Source: an uncultured Gemmatimonadales bacterium (GTDB lineage: Bacteria > Gemmatimonadota > Gemmatimonadetes > Gemmatimonadales > GWC2-71-9). Taken from it: a DNA stretch of 64,000 nt. The notes under the pieces are model-generated. The model worked only from the letters and a program-made list of their open reading frames with translations, made no database searches and was not told the origin of the DNA. The DNA lies in contig CAVSLV010000003.1 in the NCBI GenBank assembly GCA_963728915.1, positions 192,370 to 256,369 on the forward strand, read 5' to 3'. Positions within the stretch are counted from its first letter, which is position 1; each line of letters begins with the position of its first letter. Shown here in pieces: positions 37,220 through 46,497 of this stretch. A program made the position numbers and the translations under genes.

Positions 37220-39085
37220 ATGCAGCGATCGGTCCGCGTGTTAGTGGCACTTTGCCTGCTGGGGTGTGGAGCGAGTGGGGACCCCATGTCCCCACCCGCC
37301 CCGGTGCCATCTCCCAGCCCTCCACCCCCGCCTCCGCCTCCGGTCCCACCCCCGGCTCCCCCGGCGCCGACCTACGACCTAGATGCGCTCGGCGTGCCCC
37401 GGTTCGCGGGGAGCGACTATATCCCGCTCGGCTCGATCGCGATGATCTCGAAGTTCCGCTCCGGGATCGGCCACGACTATTCCGACGCCTTCGAGTCCTG
37501 CCGCAGCATGAAGCATTACTTCATGCCGATGGGCAGCCTCGATTGGAGCACGATCCCGATCTCTTCGCCGGTCGCCGGGAGGGTGGATACCGTGTTCCAG
37601 GAATCAGCGGGATACCAGGTCCGGATCCGGTCCACCGCGCAACCGGCCTTCACCTTCATCCTGTTTCACCTCAATCCCACGATTCCCCTCACGACCGGCA
37701 CGATGGTGGCCGGGGGCCAGCCACTCGGCCGCCATATCGGGAACCAGACCATGTCGGACATCGCGGTGGCGGTGAATACCCCGGCCGGCTACAAGCTGGT
37801 GAGCTGGTTCGAGGTGATGACCGATGCGGGCTTTGCGGGTTATGCGGAGAAAGGGGTCGCTTCCCGAAGCTCGGCGATCATCCCGAAAGCCGCACGGGAC
37901 GGCGACCCCCTGGGGTGCACCGGCGAGACCTTCGGCTCCACCGGGACCCTGGAGAACTGGGTCACCCTCTCGGCCGGAGCGACGCCGACGCCCGCCGACC
38001 TGGCCGGCCAGCAGCTCAGCAACGGCAAGTGCACCGGCACGGCCAAGCCGCCGCTGACCCGGCTCCCGATGACGGAGAGTGACTTCGCCTTCATTCTCCC
38101 CTACGGGCTGATGATCGGCGGACACGTGACCCCGATCGATCATCAGTACTTCTCCCCCGCGGTGTTCGATTCGCCGCCCGACGCCTATCCGGTGTATGCC
38201 ATCGCGGACGGCGATCTCCACTCGATCGCGACCCGCACCCATTCCGGGCAGGGCTCCTACACCGGGCAAACCATCACCGACCACCGGCTGGTCTTCAGCC
38301 TGAGCTGCCGGCTGCTCTATTACTACGACCTGGTGACCAGCCTGGCGCCTGGCCTGGAAGAGCGGCTTCAGGCCAGCAACGGCAACCTGCACGTCAGCGC
38401 CGGCGAATTGATCGGGCGGATCGGCAACCAGACCCTCGATTTTGCGGTCTGGGACACCGAGCACCCGCTGACCCATTTCATCGTTCCCTCGCACTACAAT
38501 GGGGAGGCATGGAAGATCTACACTGCCGACCCGCTCGACTACTACGACCCAGCCACCCGAACCCAGGCTCTTTCGAAGTATCCGCGGACGGTGGAGCCGC
38601 GAAGCGGACGAATCGACTTCGATGTCGACGGGTTTCTGATCGGCAACTGGTTCCAGGAGAATCCTGACGGCAGCACGAGCGGATATGCGAGTGGCGGAGG
38701 GACCTACTGGGACACCCACCTTGCCTTCGCGCCGCATTTCCTCGACCCGGGCGTCTTCATCATTTCGATCGGTAACTGGCCCCAGCCGGTCGGCGCATCA
38801 CAGTTCGTCGCGGTCGAGGGCGGTCCCGACCCCGCCCAGGTGACCGCCGGGACAGGGCTCGTCAAGTACACTCTCGCGCGGTACGAGGAGGACGTGAACG
38901 GTCAGCGGTGGGATAGCATGACCATGCCCACCGGCGCCATCCACGTCGTCCCCCTGGCCGGCGATCAGGGGTGTTTCCTGGTGCAGATGCTGGGCAGCCG
39001 TGAAATCCAGGCCCAGGCTTTCCCCGAAAGCAGCTGCGCGACCGTCGCCGGCTTCACCGCCGGCGCGATCAAGTACATCCGATAG
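37220..39085 (+). CDS. Lipoprotein with Pro-rich linker and two M23-like modules
   Basis: LLGC lipobox, poly-Pro linker; SPVAGRV...FHL...VAGGQPLG and AIADGDL...VSAGELIG repeats. Confidence 0.7.
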   Translation: MQRSVRVLVALCLLGCGASGDPMSPPAPVPSPSPPPPPPPPVPPPAPPAPTYDLDALGVPRFAGSDYIPLGSIAMISKFRSGIGHDYSDAFESCRSMKHYFMPMGSLDWSTIPISSPVAGRVDTVFQESAGYQVRIRSTAQPAFTFILFHLNPTIPLTTGTMVAGGQPLGRHIGNQTMSDIAVAVNTPAGYKLVSWFEVMTDAGFAGYAEKGVASRSSAIIPKAARDGDPLGCTGETFGSTGTLENWVTLSAGATPTPADLAGQQLSNGKCTGTAKPPLTRLPMTESDFAFILPYGLMIGGHVTPIDHQYFSPAVFDSPPDAYPVYAIADGDLHSIATRTHSGQGSYTGQTITDHRLVFSLSCRLLYYYDLVTSLAPGLEERLQASNGNLHVSAGELIGRIGNQTLDFAVWDTEHPLTHFIVPSHYNGEAWKIYTADPLDYYDPATRTQALSKYPRTVEPRSGRIDFDVDGFLIGNWFQENPDGSTSGYASGGGTYWDTHLAFAPHFLDPGVFIISIGNWPQPVGASQFVAVEGGPDPAQVTAGTGLVKYTLARYEEDVNGQRWDSMTMPTGAIHVVPLAGDQGCFLVQMLGSREIQAQAFPESSCATVAGFTAGAIKYIR

Positions 39086-39097
39086 GCCAGTCCCGTC

Positions 39098-39724
39098 TCA
39101 GGGCTGGTGCGGGTGGCCCAGCCCCGGCACGTCTCTCCCCAGGAACAATTCCAGCGGCTGCTTGTTCCCGTCCATGCGGTGATCGTCCATCAGATTGATC
39201 GCGCGGGCCTGGGTCAGCGCCTGGTCGATCGGGACGTGCCGCTCGTCGATCAGGTACGCGGCCCAGAGATGGCTCGCCCGCCAGGCGATGGTGCAATGGA
39301 GCAGGACCTTGCCGTCCGCCGCCTTCATTGCCGCGGCAAAATCCTTGACCGCCTGGGGCGCGTATGGGAACTCGTCGTTGCCCCGCATCGGCAGATACAC
39401 GTACTTCATGCCGAGCTCTTTGGCCAGCGCGGCTTCGTCGAAGCCGACCCGCTCCATCTCCGGAGGGGTACGAAGATTGACGACGGTGGTGACCCCGCGG
39501 TCCTTCATCTCGCGGAGGCCCTTTTCGGTGGGCTGGCCTCCGATGAACACGTCCTCACCCACCTGAACGAACTTGGCCAGGAAGAGCCCGGTGGTGTCGA
39601 GGGCGACCGGCGCGGGGGGAGCGACGGTGGATTTCGGTCCGGTCAGCTTCTGAGCCCGGGCCTCGGGAACCAGCAGAACGGCGCCAAGCGCCAAGACGAG
39701 TTGCACCCCACGAGTGAGCTTCAC
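39098..39724 (-). CDS. Exported phosphatase-like / sulfurtransferase-like protein (DUF442/Blh-like)
   Basis: GQP...GVTTVVNLR...LLHCTIAWRA (CX5R). Confidence 0.8.
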   Translation of the reverse strand: MKLTRGVQLVLALGAVLLVPEARAQKLTGPKSTVAPPAPVALDTTGLFLAKFVQVGEDVFIGGQPTEKGLREMKDRGVTTVVNLRTPPEMERVGFDEAALAKELGMKYVYLPMRGNDEFPYAPQAVKDFAAAMKAADGKVLLHCTIAWRASHLWAAYLIDERHVPIDQALTQARAINLMDDHRMDGNKQPLELFLGRDVPGLGHPHQP

Positions 39725-41859
39725 GAACCACCTCCGGAAACGGAATGTCGATCTGAAGTATACCGGGTGAGGACCCGGGCATCCGCCGCGATCGCGCCGG
39801 TCGCCGTGGCGATGAGCGGATTGATGTCCAGCTCCCGGATCGCCGGGAAGTCCACCACCAGCCGGGACACCCGGAGCAGGACGTCTTCCAGCGCGGCCCG
39901 GTCCACCGCCGGCTGGCCCCGCACCGCCTCCAGCATCCGGGCGCCCCGGATCCCCGCCAGCATGGCGGCCGCGTCGTAGCGGGTTATGGGCGCGAGCCGG
40001 AACACCACGTCCCGGAGGACTTCCACCAGGATCCCCCCCAGTCCGAACATGATGAGCGGCCCGTAGGAAGGGTCGCGGGTCATCCCCACGATGAGCTCCC
40101 GGCCCTGCTCCACCTGGGGCTGCACCAGGAGGCCGGTGACGGACGCGTCGGGCCGGGCCTGCTTGACCGTCCCCACGATCCGCTCGAACCCGGCCCGGAC
40201 CTCCTCCGCGTTCCGGAGCCCCACGATGACCCCGCCCACGTCGCTCTTGTGGAGGATTTCCGGCGCCATGACCTTGAGCGCCACCGGGAAGCCGAGGGTG
40301 GCGGCATAACCCGCAGCCTGCTCCGGCGTCGCGGCCACGATGCCCGGCGCCACCCGGATGCCGTAGGCGGCGAGCAGCGCCAGCGCTTCGTCCTCCGCCA
40401 GGCGTTCCCGGCCCGAGGCCCGCACCGCGGTGAGGAGCCGCGCCGCCCGATCGCGGTCCACCTCGAGCGACTCGGCGGCCGGAGCGGGCCGCTCCCGCTG
40501 TTCACTCCAGCGCGAGAGCGCGGCGAGCCCCCGCGCCGCCGATTCCGGAAAGATGTAGGCCGGAATCCCCGCCTCATGGAGCAGGGCCCGGCCCTGGGGC
40601 AGCCCTTCGTGTCCCATCAGGACCCCGAACACCGTCTTGCCGGCATGCTGCGCCGCGACCGACGCGATCGCCACCGTCACGTCTTCCTGCGAAACGCCCA
40701 GCGGGGGAACGAAGATGGCGAGCGCGGCATCCACGCCGGGATCCGAGAGCAAGCCGTCCAGCGCGGCGCGATAGCCCTGCGGGTTCGCCGAGGCGATCAT
40801 GTCCAGCGGGTTACGAATGGACGCCTCGGCGGGAAATAGGGGCTGGAGCGTCTGCACCGTCTCGGTGGCAAGGTCCGGCAGGGTGAGGCCGTTCGCTTCG
40901 CAGGCATCGGCCGCCAGGATGCCGGGCCCGCCGGCGTTGGTCAGCACCACGGTGGCGCGGGAGCGGGGCGGCTTCGCCGAGAACGCGATGGCGAGGTCGA
41001 ACAGCTCCTCGATGCTGGCGGCGCGGAGCACCCCGGCCTGCGCGAGCAGCGCGTCCACCGCGGCGTCGCTCGCGCCCAGCGCGCCGGTGTGGGACTGCGC
41101 CGCCCGGGCGCCCGCCTTGGAGCGTCCCGATTTCACCACGATGATCGGCTTGTTCCGGGTGATCCGGCGCGCGACCTCGAGGAACCGGGCCGGGTTCCCG
41201 AAGCTCTCGACGTACATCAGGATCACCTGCACGTCGGGATCGTCCTCCCACTCGAGCAGGAGATCGTTGCCGCTCACGTCCGGCTTGTTGCCCACCGACA
41301 CGAACTGCGAAATCCCGATCCCGTACTCCTTGGCGTAGTCCAGCACCGAGAGGCCGAGGGCGCCGGACTGGGACACGAACCCGGTCTTGCCATAGGGCGG
41401 GAGCGCGTGCGCGAACGTCCCGTTCATCGCGACCGCCGGATTCGAGTTGAGGACGCCCATGCAGTTCGGGCCCACCATCCGGATCCCGTGGGACCGCACC
41501 AGACTGGTGAGCGCGAGCTCGCGCTCGAGCCCTTCGCCACCCACTTCGCGGAATCCGGCGGAGATCACCACCAGGCCGCCGACCCCTTTCCGGATGCAGC
41601 CCTCGACCACCGCCTGCACGTGCTCCCTGGGGACCACCACGATCGCCTGATCCACCGGGCCCGGGATCGCTTCCACCTCGGGCCAGGCGGGGATCGAATA
41701 GATGGCCTGGGCGAAGGGATTGACCGGATAGACCGAACCGGTGAAGCCGCCCTGAACCAGGTTACGAACGATCTCGTGCCCGATGGTGCCGGCGGTGCGT
41801 GAGGCGCCGATCACCGCGATGGATCCGGGGGCGAGGATGCGCTGGAGGGTCTGGGCCAT
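39721..41859 (-). CDS. Acetate/acyl-CoA ligase (ADP-forming), fused alpha-beta
   Basis: IAVIGAS, GPNCMG, SHTGAL (phospho-His), HKSDVGGV, ELDINPL. Confidence 0.92.
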   Translation of the reverse strand: MAQTLQRILAPGSIAVIGASRTAGTIGHEIVRNLVQGGFTGSVYPVNPFAQAIYSIPAWPEVEAIPGPVDQAIVVVPREHVQAVVEGCIRKGVGGLVVISAGFREVGGEGLERELALTSLVRSHGIRMVGPNCMGVLNSNPAVAMNGTFAHALPPYGKTGFVSQSGALGLSVLDYAKEYGIGISQFVSVGNKPDVSGNDLLLEWEDDPDVQVILMYVESFGNPARFLEVARRITRNKPIIVVKSGRSKAGARAAQSHTGALGASDAAVDALLAQAGVLRAASIEELFDLAIAFSAKPPRSRATVVLTNAGGPGILAADACEANGLTLPDLATETVQTLQPLFPAEASIRNPLDMIASANPQGYRAALDGLLSDPGVDAALAIFVPPLGVSQEDVTVAIASVAAQHAGKTVFGVLMGHEGLPQGRALLHEAGIPAYIFPESAARGLAALSRWSEQRERPAPAAESLEVDRDRAARLLTAVRASGRERLAEDEALALLAAYGIRVAPGIVAATPEQAAGYAATLGFPVALKVMAPEILHKSDVGGVIVGLRNAEEVRAGFERIVGTVKQARPDASVTGLLVQPQVEQGRELIVGMTRDPSYGPLIMFGLGGILVEVLRDVVFRLAPITRYDAAAMLAGIRGARMLEAVRGQPAVDRAALEDVLLRVSRLVVDFPAIRELDINPLIATATGAIAADARVLTRYTSDRHSVSGGGS

Positions 41860-41914
41860 GCGGGAAGATAGTTTTTCCGCTAGTTTCTCTCCCTCTCCCC
41901 GTTTCGAGGATCTT

Positions 41915-44242
41915 ATGCGCCGCCGCTCTCTGGCTGCCCTGATCAGCTTCGCCGCCGCCACCACCCTCCACGCCCAGGCCAACCAGGGCCCGACTATCGC
42001 GCAGTTCCTTTCGCCCGCCTCGCCCCTCGAGGTGAGCACCGCGGCCAAAGCCGACGTGGTGGCCTGGGTCACCTACGAGCGAGGGATGCGGAACGTCTAC
42101 GTCGCGCGGGGCCCGGAGTGGAAATCGCTCCGCATCACCCGATTCCTCGAGGACAACGGGGTGGACGTGGGCTCGGTGCAGCTCTCCGACGACGGCAGCA
42201 TGGCGATTTTCGTCCGGGGCCACGGCCAGAACCGGGTGGGCTGGGTGGCGAACCCCTCCCACGATCCCGATGGGGCCGACCGCGCGGTCTGGGCGGCGCG
42301 CACCGACGGGATGGGGACCTGGCGACTCGCCTCGATCGCCAACACCGAGCCCGCCACCGGGGCCAACTTCTTCCGGGGCGGCGGCACGCCCGAGCTCTCA
42401 CCGAACGGCCGCTACGTCGTGTTCATTCGCGACGGGCAGATCTATCGCGCCAGCACCATGGCGGGTCCCAAGACGGCGATGGACACCGCCGGAGTTCCCT
42501 TCATCAAGGAGTGGGGTCGTCAGACCGATCCGGTCTGGAGTCCCGACGGGAAGAAGCTCGCCTTCGTGAGCATCCGGGAGAACCATTCGCTCATCGGCGT
42601 CTACGACATGGCGACCCGCACGGTCGACTTCATGGCGCCGAGCACGGACTTCGACACCAGTCCCGCGTGGTCATCCGACAGCAAGCGCATCGTGTTCATC
42701 CGGAAGCCGGGCACGCCCTTTGGCCAGCAGGTGGTGACCACGCCCAGTCCATTCGGGCAGACCGCGCCGAACGGGCGTGGGCAGCAAACCAGCGGGTGCC
42801 GGGCGCCACAGGGCGGCGGATTCGGTGGCGGCGGATTCGGGCAGCCGGACACCATGCCGCAGCCGCCGGCCGACGGGCTCTGCCGCACGGCGTTCGCCGG
42901 CGGATACACGGTGTCCTTCTGGGTGGGAGACGTTGCGACCCACGGCGCGAAGGAATTCTGGCACAACCAGCCGGGCGACCGGACCTTCGGGACGGTGAAT
43001 GGCCTCGCCTGGGCCGGCGATCGGGTGGTCTTCACCGCCCAGGTTCCCAAGGACGAGTGGGACCGCTACTTCAGCGTGAGCATCGCCAAGGCGGAACCTG
43101 ACCCGGTACTTCTGACCACCACCGATGGGCTGATCAACGATGGGGTGGCGGATCGGACCTTCACGACGACGTCGGTCTCCCGGGACGGCAAGACCCTGTT
43201 CTACGCGACCAACGCCAATGACATCGAGAAGCGCCACATCTGGGCGGTTCCGGTGGCCGGCGGCACCCCGGTGCGGATCTCGACCGGCGAAGGGGTGGAG
43301 GTCTCCCCCACCCCGGTCGGCATGGGGAAGAGCCTGGCGGTGCTCTTCTTCGACGCCTCGCAACCGGCCTCGATCGGCCTGGTGCCCGCGGCGGGCGGCG
43401 CGCCGAAGATCATCTACCCCGTGTTAGGGAAGGACTTCCCCAAGAGCGCCCACGTCACCCCGGAGATCGTGATCACCCACGCGCCGGACGGGCTCGAGGT
43501 TCACAACCAGCTTTTCCTTCCGAAGGATCTGAAGCCGGGTGAGCGGCGCCCCGCGATCGTTTTCGTCCACGGCGGGCCGCAGCGCCAGATGCTCCCGGCC
43601 TACCACTACATGCAGTTCTATCACTGGGCCTACGCCTACAACCAGTGGCTCCAGAGCCAGGGCTACGTGGTGCTCTCGGTGAATTACCGGCTGGGCATCG
43701 GCTACGGCAATTCGTTCCGGCGCGCCGCCAATACCCGTCTTCAGGGCAACGCCGAGTACCAGGACGTGCTGGCGGGTGCCAAGTACCTCCAGACTCGAGC
43801 CGACGTGGACCCGGCCCGGATCGGGATCTGGGGCCTCTCCTACGGCGGGCTCCTCACCGCGGAGGCGCTGGCCCGGAATTCCGACGTGTTCGTCGCGGGG
43901 GTGGACCTGGCCGGTGTCCATATATATGGAAGCGCCAGCGACACCACGAGCCTGGCTTTCCGCTCCTCGGCGGTGGGCGCGATCAACGGGTGGAAGTCGC
44001 CGGTCTTCCTGGAGCAGGGCGACGACGACCGGAACGTGGACTTCTCCCAGACCGTGGGGCTGGTGAGCCTGCTCCGCGCCAAAGGGGTGTACTACGAGCT
44101 GATGGTCATTCCCGATGACGTGCACGAGTCGCTGCTCCACTCGCGCTGGCTCGACATCTTCGCGCGGGGCGGCGACTTCCTGCACCGGTTCGTGTGGGAG
44201 AAGCAGACGCCCCCCACCACCGTAAGCAGCGGCGGAAGGTAG
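41915..44242 (+). CDS. S9 prolyl oligopeptidase / dipeptidyl peptidase family
   Basis: Beta-propeller repeats, HGGP, GLSYGG, DRNV, DDVH. Confidence 0.92.
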   Translation: MRRRSLAALISFAAATTLHAQANQGPTIAQFLSPASPLEVSTAAKADVVAWVTYERGMRNVYVARGPEWKSLRITRFLEDNGVDVGSVQLSDDGSMAIFVRGHGQNRVGWVANPSHDPDGADRAVWAARTDGMGTWRLASIANTEPATGANFFRGGGTPELSPNGRYVVFIRDGQIYRASTMAGPKTAMDTAGVPFIKEWGRQTDPVWSPDGKKLAFVSIRENHSLIGVYDMATRTVDFMAPSTDFDTSPAWSSDSKRIVFIRKPGTPFGQQVVTTPSPFGQTAPNGRGQQTSGCRAPQGGGFGGGGFGQPDTMPQPPADGLCRTAFAGGYTVSFWVGDVATHGAKEFWHNQPGDRTFGTVNGLAWAGDRVVFTAQVPKDEWDRYFSVSIAKAEPDPVLLTTTDGLINDGVADRTFTTTSVSRDGKTLFYATNANDIEKRHIWAVPVAGGTPVRISTGEGVEVSPTPVGMGKSLAVLFFDASQPASIGLVPAAGGAPKIIYPVLGKDFPKSAHVTPEIVITHAPDGLEVHNQLFLPKDLKPGERRPAIVFVHGGPQRQMLPAYHYMQFYHWAYAYNQWLQSQGYVVLSVNYRLGIGYGNSFRRAANTRLQGNAEYQDVLAGAKYLQTRADVDPARIGIWGLSYGGLLTAEALARNSDVFVAGVDLAGVHIYGSASDTTSLAFRSSAVGAINGWKSPVFLEQGDDDRNVDFSQTVGLVSLLRAKGVYYELMVIPDDVHESLLHSRWLDIFARGGDFLHRFVWEKQTPPTTVSSGGR

Positions 44243-44246
44243 CCGC

Positions 44247-44801
44247 ATGCAACGGCGCGACTTTCTGGGGACGCTCTCCCGCGGCGCATCGGCGACGTGG
44301 GTCGGCGTCAATCTCCGGGACCTCTTCGCGGCGGGTACCTGGGCCGCCGCCAGGCCTTCCGACGCGCCGTATGAATTCTTCTCCCCCGAGCAGGGCGCCC
44401 TGGTCGACGCCATCTCGGCCACCCTCGTTCCCACCACGGAAACGCCGGGGGCCCGCGAAGCCCATGTGGTCCAATTCATCGACCACTCGTTGGCCACGTT
44501 CATGCAAGAGCGGCAGAAGCCTTTCACCGACGCGCTGGCCAACTTCACCGAGTTCGTCGCTCAGAGCCGGCCCGGGGGCAAGCCGTTCGCCGAGCTTCCC
44601 GAGGAAGACCAGATCGCCATCATGGGCGAGTACGAGCAGAAGAACCCCCAGCCTTTCAATCTGCTCCGCACCTCCACCATGATGGGGATGTTCTGCCACC
44701 CGCAACATGGCGGCAACTATCAGAAAGTCGGCTGGCAGCTCATCGGATTCGTCGACCAGTATTCCTGGGTGCCACCCTTCGGGTACTATGACCGACCATG
44801 A
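44247..44801 (+). CDS. Gluconate 2-dehydrogenase subunit 3-like, Tat signal
   Basis: QRRDFL, PGAREAHVVQFID, GGNY...GWQLIGF. Confidence 0.88.
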   Translation: MQRRDFLGTLSRGASATWVGVNLRDLFAAGTWAAARPSDAPYEFFSPEQGALVDAISATLVPTTETPGAREAHVVQFIDHSLATFMQERQKPFTDALANFTEFVAQSRPGGKPFAELPEEDQIAIMGEYEQKNPQPFNLLRTSTMMGMFCHPQHGGNYQKVGWQLIGFVDQYSWVPPFGYYDRP

Positions 44802-46492
44802 TCACGCGGGCCACGAGCCCGCCGCCCGTGCACGGTTGATTCCCCCGATGCGGAACTATCGGCCCAGCGAGGAAGTCGATTTTGTGGTGGTCGGCTCGGG
44901 GGCAGCGGGAGGCGTGATCGCGCGGGAGCTTTCCCGCAATGGATTCTCGGTCGTCGTGCTGGAGCAGGGCCCCTGGCTCACCGAGCGTGACTTCAGCCAC
45001 GATCCCTTCTTCGAGGACATCAATCCGGAAAAGAGCCTGACCAACCGTCAGGCTCTCCAGCCCCAGACCGTTCGCGAGAAGGACACCGAGACGGCCAAAC
45101 CGGGGATGTGGGCCCAGTACGGGCGCGTGGTGGGCGGGGGTTCGGCCCACTTCACCGCGAACTACTGGCGATTCCCCGAAGTCGAATTCCATCAGGCCAG
45201 GCGATACGGCATTCCCGACGGATCCTCGATCGCCGACTGGCCGATCAGCTACACCGACCTCGAGCCGTACTACACCAGGGTCGAGTGGGAAGTCGGCGTG
45301 TCGGGACTGGCCGGCAACCCGTTCGAGCCTCCCCGGAGCAGGCCGTACCCGCTGCCACCGCTGCCGATCAAGTCGGAAGGGGTCCTGTTCGAGAAGGGGG
45401 CCAGGGCGATTGGATGGCACCCCTGGCCCGCCCCGATGGCGATCCTGTCGCGCCCCTACCGGGGCCGTTCGCCCTGCGTCGCCTGCGGCATGTGCATCGG
45501 GTCGGCATGTGAGGTACGCGCCAAGTCGAGCACCCTGGTCACCATGGTCCCCGAGGCGGTCGCGACCAAGCGGTGCGAAGTGCGGACCCAGAGCTACGTG
45601 CGCCGGATCGAGACGTCGGAAGACGGCCGGGTGACCGGAGTCACCTATTTCGACAAGGACCGCAAAGAAGTTTTCCAGGCCGCGAAGGCCGTGGTGCTCT
45701 CCGCCAACGGGTGCGAAACCCCGAAGCTCCTGCTGATTTCCGAGACCTCCCGCTTTCCGGAGGGGCTCGCCAACTCGAGCGGCCAGGTCGGCCGCAACAT
45801 CATGTTCAACGGCGGAGGCTTCTGCAGCGGAATGTTCGAGCACGACGTGAACGGCTGGAAGGGTGTCGTGGTGTCGCGGACCGCGTGGGATGCATTCGAG
45901 CTCGACGAGCAGCTCGGGATCTACGGCGGCGGCGGGATGGATTTCCGCGCCGATGGCCCGACCCATCAGCGCGGCGTTCCGGGGGTGGAAGGGAGAGCCC
46001 CGCTGGGGACGCGAGTGGAAGAAGCGGATCCGGGACTACTTCAACCGATACGTGTACTCCTACGGGCATACCTCGAGCCTTCCGGTCTCGACCAACCGGA
46101 TCGATCTCGACCCCGACTTGAAGGACGCCTGGGGCTTGCCCGCGCCGCGCCTGACGTTCACCCCGCACCCGAACGACAAGAAGCTGGGAGACTGGTTCGG
46201 CAAGAAGGGGCGTGATGCGCTGGAGGCCGCCGGGGCCATCCAGCTGAGTGACAGCGGTGGCGGCGCCGATGGAGGCGGTCCCCACCTGCTGGGCACCTGC
46301 CGGATGGGGAGCGATCCCGCGACCTCGGTGGTGAATGCCGACCACCGGACCCACGACCTGAAGAACCTGTTCATCGTGGACGGCAGCAGCTTCGTGACCT
46401 CGGGTCGCGGGCAACCCACCATGACCATCCAGGCGCTGGCCTTCCGGGCAGCCGACCGGATCACCGCGCTGGTCAAGCGCCGCGAGATCTAG
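44788..46492 (+). pseudogene. GMC oxidoreductase split by one frameshift near 45950-45965 (pseudogene or sequence error)
   Basis: GSGAAGG, VGGGSAH and CxxCxxC in one frame; DLDP...DAWGLP, HLLGTCRMG and PTMTIQALA in another. Confidence 0.85.
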
Positions 46493-46497
46493 AGCCC

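Noticed and set aside
37290..37370. C-rich low-complexity run
   Set aside because: Encodes the poly-proline linker of the lipoprotein; not a separate element.
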